A DNA stretch of 64,000 nt. Origin: an uncultured Pseudomonadales bacterium (GTDB lineage: Bacteria > Pseudomonadota > Gammaproteobacteria > Pseudomonadales > JBECKS01). Positions within the stretch are counted from its first letter, which is position 1; each line of letters starts with the position of its first letter. The stretch is taken from positions 22,378 to 86,377 of the forward strand of contig CAZKYI010000003.1 in NCBI GenBank assembly GCA_964557005.1, in the 5' to 3' direction. This document shows positions 57,382 through 64,000 of the stretch, piece after piece. The notes beneath the pieces were generated by a model, which was not told where the DNA came from, searched no databases, and saw nothing but the letters and a program-made list of their open reading frames with translations. A program made the translations under genes and the position numbers.

Positions 57382-58344
57382 ATGAAAGTTCTACTCACTG
57401 GCAGTTTTGGCAACATTGGCGAAAAAGTGGTCAGGCAGTTATTGGCACAAAATCATCAGGTCACTTGTCTTGATCTGAAAAATGACATCAACCAGAAAGT
57501 GGCCGCGCAGTTTGGCAAGTCCATCACTGTGGTATGGGGCAACATCTGTGATGCCGAACAAATCGCTGCCGAGGTGGGCAAGGTAGAAGTAGTGATTCAT
57601 ATGGCAGCGATGCTGCCGCACACGGTAAAACTCAACCCCGAACTTGGCCGCAAAGTGAATGTTGGCGGCACCGAAAATGTGGTGAATGCCATTCTTGCAA
57701 GCGGTAACGACAAGCAGTTGATTTTCTGCTCGTCCATCAGCGTGCATGGCAATAACGCACCCGACGGCCCCCACCCCAGAAAGATTGACGACCCTTTCAA
57801 GGCAGAAGATGACTACGCCGGTCACAAAATTGCGTGCGAACAAATGATTGATGCCAGCGGCCTGAAAAATACTACTGTTGTGCGTATCGGTGCCTGTATG
57901 GATGCTGATTCCGATATTGGTGGTGACCCACGCGATTCGCTGCAACTGTTATACGCTACCCATCCTGATTGCCGTATTGAATATGTGCACCCGAAAGATG
58001 TAGCACTGGCGATTGTGAATGCAGTAGGCAATGAACAGGCTTATAACAAGAAATTCTTTTTGGGCGCAGGCGCGGGCGGACAAGCCACCTGGTACAACTT
58101 CACGCATATTATTTTCAAGGCCTTGGGGCTTAAACCGGCACCCCGTGAGGTATTTGGTAACAATACTTTCTATACGGAGTGGATGGATACCGAAGAAGCA
58201 CAAAGGGTACTGCAATACCAACGCCATACACTGGATGATTACCAGAAAGAAATGAGCCATAAATTACGCTGGGCGCGTCGCGGCACTTTCGCCATTCGTC
58301 CATTGATTCGCTACATTTTACTGGCACAATCCCCCTACAAATAA
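57382..58344 (+). CDS. NAD-dependent epimerase/dehydratase family protein (extended SDR)
   Basis: Rossmann motif MKVLLTGSFGNIG; YAGHK catalytic pair. Confidence 0.7.
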   Translation: MKVLLTGSFGNIGEKVVRQLLAQNHQVTCLDLKNDINQKVAAQFGKSITVVWGNICDAEQIAAEVGKVEVVIHMAAMLPHTVKLNPELGRKVNVGGTENVVNAILASGNDKQLIFCSSISVHGNNAPDGPHPRKIDDPFKAEDDYAGHKIACEQMIDASGLKNTTVVRIGACMDADSDIGGDPRDSLQLLYATHPDCRIEYVHPKDVALAIVNAVGNEQAYNKKFFLGAGAGGQATWYNFTHIIFKALGLKPAPREVFGNNTFYTEWMDTEEAQRVLQYQRHTLDDYQKEMSHKLRWARRGTFAIRPLIRYILLAQSPYK

Positions 58345-58366
58345 CCATCTATTCCCAGGGGGAACC

Positions 58367-59338
58367 ATGAGTCTTGATCCGGTAAAAATGCTTGAGCGTT
58401 GTAAGGCCGGACAGTGGAATGTCAACGATTTTGATTGGAGCAAAACACCTGAAGTCGAGCTGAGCAAAGAAGATGAAATTCGCGTTGTTCAGCTTTACCT
58501 GAATATGTCTTACATCGAATTGCTGGCGGGAAATTTATTTCAGGCGCTAAGAGATCGCATGGAAGACCCTGTGCTCAAGGAAATCTACCACTGGTGTTAT
58601 ATCGACGAATTGCGCCACAGCGAAGCAGCAGCAAAATTGTCACGCTATTTTGATCAACACCAATACCAACTCTATACACCTAACATTGCCATGTTGCGGT
58701 TTTTCCCGCATTTTTCAGGTGCGGTGCGCACACTCAATCCCGCCATCGCCAATATGTTTATTTTAACCGGCGAACTGATTCTCGATATTGCCCTGCTGCG
58801 TGGCTTGAACAACTATGTTGATGATCCGCAAAGCCGTGCCGTGGTTGAGCGAATCAATTCCGATGAAAGTCGCCATCTGGCGATGGATTTTTTCATGGCG
58901 GAATACTGTTCTGAAAACAATATGTCGATTAAAACCGGCAAGCACAAAAAAGGCATTTTCAATGCCAACCTTCGCGGTATGGCACTATGGGGGCCTTCGT
59001 TCTTTAACGAAGTTTTTTTCCGCCCGATGAACATTCTCGATCCGGAAAATGTACAAATGGAATCTGTGGCTCGACGTTTGCGCCGTTTTTATTTGCGTGA
59101 GGAAGTACAAAAAAATCCGACGGTAAAACCGTTCAACACCGCTGCGAGTTTTTTTGAAAGCAGTTTTGGCAGCGGTGTGGGCTGGCTGATGCGTCAATCC
59201 GCCAAACGCTTTGCCAATGTCGACTTTGATTTTGTGTTAGCTGGCCATTCCAGCAACATTGGTATAAACCAAAGCAAAGGTGGCATTGAACTCGCCGAAG
59301 AAATTCTGCGCGAGGAACAAAAAGACAAGGCGGCGTAA
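58367..59338 (+). CDS. Ferritin-like di-iron protein (AurF-like oxygenase family candidate)
   Basis: Two ExxH motifs in predicted helices (IDELRHSE and SDESRHLA), plus an upstream E in YIELLAG. Confidence 0.5.
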   Translation: MSLDPVKMLERCKAGQWNVNDFDWSKTPEVELSKEDEIRVVQLYLNMSYIELLAGNLFQALRDRMEDPVLKEIYHWCYIDELRHSEAAAKLSRYFDQHQYQLYTPNIAMLRFFPHFSGAVRTLNPAIANMFILTGELILDIALLRGLNNYVDDPQSRAVVERINSDESRHLAMDFFMAEYCSENNMSIKTGKHKKGIFNANLRGMALWGPSFFNEVFFRPMNILDPENVQMESVARRLRRFYLREEVQKNPTVKPFNTAASFFESSFGSGVGWLMRQSAKRFANVDFDFVLAGHSSNIGINQSKGGIELAEEILREEQKDKAA

Positions 59339-59339
59339 C

Positions 59340-60191
59340 ATGGAGCCAATGAATAGCGCAAAAGTGGTTCATGTTATCCCCGCGCGCGCCACTTCCGATG
59401 GCGCGGGTGTGCGAATCCTGCGCAGCCTTGGCCAACATCAAAACGCAAGGCTTGATCCTTTTTTAATGCTTGATCAGTTTGCTTCTGAAAATCCTGATGA
59501 CTACATCGCAGGTTTTCCTTCTCACCCGCATCGCGGTTTTCAAACCCTCACCTACATGCTTGAAGGCCACATGCTCCATGAAGATCACATGGGCAATAAA
59601 GGCCATTTGAAATCCGGTGATGTGCAATGGATGAAAGCGGGTAGAGGTATTATTCATTCCGAAATGCCCCAGCAACAGGCGGGTGCGATGCGTGGTTTTC
59701 AGTTATGGATCAATCTGCCTGCGGCAGAAAAAATGCAGCCTGCCGATTACAGGGATATTCCCTCAAGCAGCATGCCGTGGCACACGGTGAACGAACATTG
59801 CGCGATAAAAGTGATTGCAGGTGAACTGAATATCAATCACAAGCACTACGCAGGTGCTCTGCCAAAACTGAGCATGGAACCTTGCATTGTTGATATAAAA
59901 CTGGAGCAGGGCAGCATCACTTTTCCCCTGAATCCACAACACAATACCATGCTTTACTTGTACGAAGGTGAAATCAGCGTTGCCAGTCAGATATTACCCG
60001 TCAACTGTGCTGCTGTGTTAGGTGAAGGCAGCGAAGTGACCATAGCAGCAACAGCGTCCAGCCGTTTATTGTTGTTAAGCGGTTTGCCGATTGAGGAACC
60101 CATTACACAATATGGCCCTTTTGTGATGAACACCGTGGAAGAAGTAGAGCAGGCTTTACAGGATTACAGGAACGGCAAACTCACCGCCTGA
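59340..60191 (+). CDS. Pirin family protein
   Basis: Cupin metal site GFPSHPHRGFQTLTYMLEG...HED; QLWINLP; C-terminal GPFVMNT...A..D. Confidence 0.85.
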   Translation: MEPMNSAKVVHVIPARATSDGAGVRILRSLGQHQNARLDPFLMLDQFASENPDDYIAGFPSHPHRGFQTLTYMLEGHMLHEDHMGNKGHLKSGDVQWMKAGRGIIHSEMPQQQAGAMRGFQLWINLPAAEKMQPADYRDIPSSSMPWHTVNEHCAIKVIAGELNINHKHYAGALPKLSMEPCIVDIKLEQGSITFPLNPQHNTMLYLYEGEISVASQILPVNCAAVLGEGSEVTIAATASSRLLLLSGLPIEEPITQYGPFVMNTVEEVEQALQDYRNGKLTA

Positions 60192-60208
60192 TTCAGCGCA
60201 CACAACGA

Positions 60209-61255
60209 TTACTGCTGCACGAAATGCTTATAGTAGTATTTCAAGGCGAGCGAGCGACCACGGCCATAACTTTCCACACCATCCTTGTGGCCTGAAGCTT
60301 TCAGATAAAAATCATTTGCGCGCGTGAACAGAAAATCAAATTCAAAGCGTTCAACCTTGTCCCAATCTTCCTGCCAACACTGCAAATCTCTGGCAACCTG
60401 TTCATTGATGCCTTCCGGTGCATTACTGCGCCACAAATCCAGACGCGCCAGATACTGCAAACGTGCATCCGTGGAATGCAATAAAGTCTGATAAGCGAGC
60501 AAATTTGCACCGACTTCGCTGGCAAAACCATTCAGATGTCCACGCTCATGCGCCATCACAAATGGTTTCGAGTACACGGGAATTTCTCTGGCAATGTTCG
60601 GCTGACCTGCCAAAGGTTGATACTGCCCCGACACGCTCATACCTGCCCAAATCCAGCTAAACAAAAAATATCGCGTCTTTGCGCCTTGAACAGCAGGCAA
60701 ATCCTGAGTGCGCAAAAATGCACTTTGTTGCTGTTCTATCAAAACATCGAAGGCATTTAATTCAAACCCGATGTCAGTACATTCCCTGTCATTCTGATGA
60801 AACTGTTTACTCAGCACGTTGGCTTCGATAACACTTTGCTCCACCAGACGCTGATATTCCTGCTTGCCAAATTCAAATTCCAGTTCGAATAATTTTTCTT
60901 CCGTGAATCGATGGTGGTTATACAAAAAACTGGCGCAAGTCAGAAAAAGTAAAATGCTGCCAAAGGCAATCAAATCGGCCGCCGAATAAAACAGTTTTCC
61001 CTGCCATGTTTTTTCGCGAAACCAGGGCGCAACTGCCCAATAAACCAGACCAAAGGCTGCACCTGCAAAAATCAAATCGGTCACAGCAAAAGGAAGCAAC
61101 GCACCTGCAAATGCAAGCACAGTCGCAATGGCAGGATAAATTTCACGCGCGTAAATACTTTCAGCAACATTGGGTGAACTGGCCAACATCACCCAGAAGC
61201 CAAATGACAACAAACCGAGCAATACACCCACGAAATGAAATTTACTTAACTTCAT
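60209..61255 (-). CDS. DUF3810-like membrane-anchored putative zinc peptidase
   Basis: N-terminal TM helices and the metal motif MAHERGHLNGFASE. Confidence 0.55.
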   Translation of the reverse strand: MKLSKFHFVGVLLGLLSFGFWVMLASSPNVAESIYAREIYPAIATVLAFAGALLPFAVTDLIFAGAAFGLVYWAVAPWFREKTWQGKLFYSAADLIAFGSILLFLTCASFLYNHHRFTEEKLFELEFEFGKQEYQRLVEQSVIEANVLSKQFHQNDRECTDIGFELNAFDVLIEQQQSAFLRTQDLPAVQGAKTRYFLFSWIWAGMSVSGQYQPLAGQPNIAREIPVYSKPFVMAHERGHLNGFASEVGANLLAYQTLLHSTDARLQYLARLDLWRSNAPEGINEQVARDLQCWQEDWDKVERFEFDFLFTRANDFYLKASGHKDGVESYGRGRSLALKYYYKHFVQQ

Positions 61256-61290
61256 ACTTCTCCAGCCACCACAAACCCAATCACAACAAA

Positions 61291-62115
61291 CTAGTCACAA
61301 TACAGGCGTATTGTTTTTGCCTGTCTGGATTTTTTATCAAACTCAATCAACATCACACCTGAACGCTGTTGTGATTGATAGGTGCAAGAAAAACTTGCAC
61401 TCACATAATAACCGGCAACCAGACGTTTTTGCCCAGGCACAATCTGCAAATCACTTTTCAATACATCTTCAAGTGCAAGTTTGTCTCCGGCAATTTCAAC
61501 ACAGGCGACCTGTTTCAGAAAATCCTGCAAACGGTGCTCGTGCTTTGCATTGATAAAATCACAAAAATTTTCCAACTGCTGTTTACCATACGCACCCACC
61601 GTAAACGCCGCCTTGCAAAAACCCAATGCACCCGACACCCCCTGATTGCGCAGCATTCTGAAACTTAACTTGCCCAACACGGGCAAACAGGCAAGGCCAC
61701 CGGAAAATACCTGCTTCATCATCGGCATGAGTTCCCAATGCGCAGCCAGACGCTTGATGCGCCAGATACCGTCCTGCTCTTCCAGCTCATATAACAAGTG
61801 CATTGGCACCACCAGTTTGAGACTGGGCGACATGGTGGTATGCACATTTAAATCACGCACCACATGCGTACCATTCACCGTGTCCTTGAATACTTCAAAT
61901 ACGATGTCATTGGGTGCAATAAAAGTGTCATAAAACTGCTCAAGTGCTTTATTCCCTTGTTCGGCATTGCCAACATGTGCAGGCGAACCTACAGGGTCTT
62001 CCACCTGATGTTGCACTGCAAAAATGGCCAGCCACGCAGCTTTATTATGTACAGCGACCGCTTGCGGTGATTGATTTACAACACGAATGGCATTTTCTTT
62101 AGTCAGATTTTTCAT
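61291..62115 (-). CDS. Hypothetical protein with an NTF2/SnoaL-like N-terminal domain
   Basis: The pattern AWLAIFA...EDPVG...FYDTFI...VRDL is reminiscent of ketosteroid-isomerase-like folds. The start is uncertain (62115 or 62130). Confidence 0.35.
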   Translation of the reverse strand: MKNLTKENAIRVVNQSPQAVAVHNKAAWLAIFAVQHQVEDPVGSPAHVGNAEQGNKALEQFYDTFIAPNDIVFEVFKDTVNGTHVVRDLNVHTTMSPSLKLVVPMHLLYELEEQDGIWRIKRLAAHWELMPMMKQVFSGGLACLPVLGKLSFRMLRNQGVSGALGFCKAAFTVGAYGKQQLENFCDFINAKHEHRLQDFLKQVACVEIAGDKLALEDVLKSDLQIVPGQKRLVAGYYVSASFSCTYQSQQRSGVMLIEFDKKSRQAKTIRLYCD

Positions 62116-62220
62116 CGGCAATCTCTTCATTGGAAATCAATTCAGGAAATCCTGCTTAACCTTGATTCGGGAGTGGTGCATAATCAGGCTTCTCCTGAAT
62201 AACAAAATAACAACACCATC

Positions 62221-63048
62221 ATGGAAACCCCGCTCATTAAAGAATTCGATCAACTGCAATCCATCACTCAACTGGCGATTGAGTTTCTGGTGAATTATAG
62301 CTTTCAGGTGCTTGGAGCGCTAATTATCCTGACGCTGGGATTCATTCTTTCGCGCAAACTCTCGAATATTCTGGTTTCCCAGCTTGAAAAGCGTAATGTC
62401 GATATTACCCTGAGAACTTACTCAGGCTATGTGGTGTATTTGCTGGTTTTATTTTGTTTTATTGTGATTGCGCTGGGGAAATTCGGCATCACCATCGCGC
62501 CTTTTGTTGCTGCCCTCGGTGCACTCACGGTGGTTGCAGGCTTGGCCTTGCAAGGTCTGGTTTCAAACTACGCAGCAGGCATAGCCATCATTGCAACTCG
62601 CCCTTTCAAAGTCGGTGACACCATCACCGTGATTGGTGTTTCAGGCGTGGTCAAGGAAATTCGTCTCACCCTCACGCTGATTGATACTGAAGACGATGAG
62701 CAAATCATGATTCCCAACAAGCACATCGTAGGTGAGGTATTGTTAAATACTTTCAACCATCGTCTGGTAGAAAGTTCGATTCGCATTGCCTATAACAATG
62801 ACCCTCACCTTGCCATTAGCAGTATTCAGGCCGCGCTGGCAAAACTGGATTATGTAACACAGAAGCCCTGCCCGCAGGTGGGTATTGGCAAGTTTTCAGA
62901 TTCAGCCATGGAAATCGTCGTTCGCGCCTGGGTACCCACCAAAAGTTATATGGAAAACCGCTTCAAATTAAATGCTGAAATTTTTCGGGCAATTAAAAGT
63001 GCGGGACTGACCATTCCGTATCCGCAAGTGGACATTCATCAGAAATAG
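62221..63048 (+). CDS. Small-conductance mechanosensitive channel (MscS family)
   Basis: Three TM helices then NYAAGIAIIATRPFKVGDTITV...G.V.EI, the MscS beta-domain signature. Confidence 0.8.
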   Translation: METPLIKEFDQLQSITQLAIEFLVNYSFQVLGALIILTLGFILSRKLSNILVSQLEKRNVDITLRTYSGYVVYLLVLFCFIVIALGKFGITIAPFVAALGALTVVAGLALQGLVSNYAAGIAIIATRPFKVGDTITVIGVSGVVKEIRLTLTLIDTEDDEQIMIPNKHIVGEVLLNTFNHRLVESSIRIAYNNDPHLAISSIQAALAKLDYVTQKPCPQVGIGKFSDSAMEIVVRAWVPTKSYMENRFKLNAEIFRAIKSAGLTIPYPQVDIHQK

Positions 63049-63075
63049 ACACCGGAAATAATTCGTCGCGAAAAA

Positions 63076-64000
63076 CTATTCAGTAAGCTCCACCAGCTTG
63101 AAAATATTTCCGCTACCACTGGCAAAATACAGCTCACCTTCTTCATCTTCGGCAAAAGTATAAATCCCCTGCTCCGTCTCCAGTATCTGGATCGGAGAAT
63201 CCTGAGGGTTTTCAGCATACACATCACTCGCCCAGATTGAACGGTAAATACAATCACCACTCAGGTATTTACCTTGTAACGATGTCATCAGGTTCCCGCG
63301 ATACACATAACCACCAATGATGCAGCGGGTATCTTTTCGCGCAAACGCCACCAAAGGATTACTGAAATCATGTTCGGCGCAGTAAACATCATCATAACAA
63401 TGGTTACCCTCCATAGCTGGCCAGCCATAATTATGCCCTGCGATTATTTTGTTAATTTCTTCTGCACCAATACGCCCGACATCAGCCAGGAAAATATGTT
63501 GTGTTTGTCTGTCGAAAGAAAACTTCCACGGATTTCGCAAACCCGCAGCAAACACTTCCGGTGCACCTGAAACACCATCCGCAAAGGGATTTGAAGGAGG
63601 AATGCTGTAAGCACTACCGCCTGCAATATCCAGTCGCAACAGTTTTCCTTTGAGCGAAAATAAATCCTGAGCAGGATTATCAACATTCCAGTTGCTGTTT
63701 TCGGTGTCATCGCCAGTGCCGATATAAAGATAGCCATCTTCGCCAATCTCAAGCGTCCCTCCATGATGATAGGCTGCGTTTTTATCGTAGCTCAAAATAA
63801 TTTGTTCACTGTCCGGATCAAGCACATCATCCATCTGTGTGAATCTCGATAAACGCACCTCAGCCCCTGACAGTGCTGTTTCACTTTCTGCGGTGTAATA
63901 AACAAAGACTTGGGGGAATTGCGCAAAATCCGGATGAAATGCAAAACCGGCAAGCCCCTGCTCACTACCCGCAGTGACTACCCGATCCTGAATGTCCAGA
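63076..64000 (-). CDS. PQQ-dependent sugar dehydrogenase (soluble glucose/sorbosone dehydrogenase family); N-terminus outside the window
   Basis: The minus-strand frame stays open from 63858 to the window edge and reads GLAGFAFHPDF. Further motifs are HHGGTLEIGEDGYLYIGTGD and GLRNPWKFSFD. Confidence 0.8.
   Translation of the reverse strand, partial: LDIQDRVVTAGSEQGLAGFAFHPDFAQFPQVFVYYTAESETALSGAEVRLSRFTQMDDVLDPDSEQIILSYDKNAAYHHGGTLEIGEDGYLYIGTGDDTENSNWNVDNPAQDLFSLKGKLLRLDIAGGSAYSIPPSNPFADGVSGAPEVFAAGLRNPWKFSFDRQTQHIFLADVGRIGAEEINKIIAGHNYGWPAMEGNHCYDDVYCAEHDFSNPLVAFARKDTRCIIGGYVYRGNLMTSLQGKYLSGDCIYRSIWASDVYAENPQDSPIQILETEQGIYTFAEDEEGELYFASGSGNIFKLVELTE

Noticed and set aside
1-64000. Search for CRISPR arrays, tRNA or rRNA genes, IS elements and recombinase genes
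   Set aside because: By eye I found no regularly spaced direct repeats, cloverleaf-compatible segments, rRNA-like stretches, or transposase or integrase ORFs. A tRNAscan, Infernal or ISfinder run would be needed to be certain.

Overview
This is a chromosomal window from a gammaproteobacterium. The blocks aroQ-prmA-DUF3426-dusB-fis-purH-purD and rpe-trpE-trpGDC-crp-yhfA are ordered as I recall them in Pseudomonas. I support about 60 protein-coding genes. I found no rRNA, tRNA or CRISPR array by eye.

Core content:
- a CHASE2 Ser/Thr kinase, PP2C phosphatase and FHA triad
- a divergent Fe(3+) ABC transporter
- ppa and purine and tryptophan biosynthesis genes
- coq7
- heme A and cytochrome oxidase assembly genes (ctaA, SURF1, ctaB)
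- an AlkB-like hydroxylase, a SulP transporter and an OMF-MFP-RND efflux operon
- a GGDEF protein, pirin, MscS and a PQQ sugar dehydrogenase (truncated at the 3' window edge)

The most unusual region is a roughly 2.8 kb islet at 23186-26020, wedged between coq7 and yhfA-crp. It holds four co-oriented, cassette-like units:
- an orphan 216-aa ORF
- hicB-hicA
- a DUF2007/zinc-ribbon ORF
- higB-higA

The units are separated by a shared family of repeat modules. Each unit ends in TAACAA, as integron attC sites begin. One junction carries a diverged, truncated second copy of the coq7 3' end. No integrase or transposase is present in the window. I read this as an integrase-less, integron-like cassette array (CALIN-like), or as the product of repeated site-specific insertion at the coq7 3' end. 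I cannot prove either without attC covariance-model or comparative searches.

Other accessory items:
- a vapBC module exactly bracketed by direct copies of a GC-rich hairpin repeat
- a stand-alone YhcG-type PD-(D/E)xK nuclease with in-CDS palindromes and a Lys-rich tail
- a LemA/M48-TerB module

All calls rest on reading motifs in the supplied translations and on hand alignment of the DNA. No database search was run.
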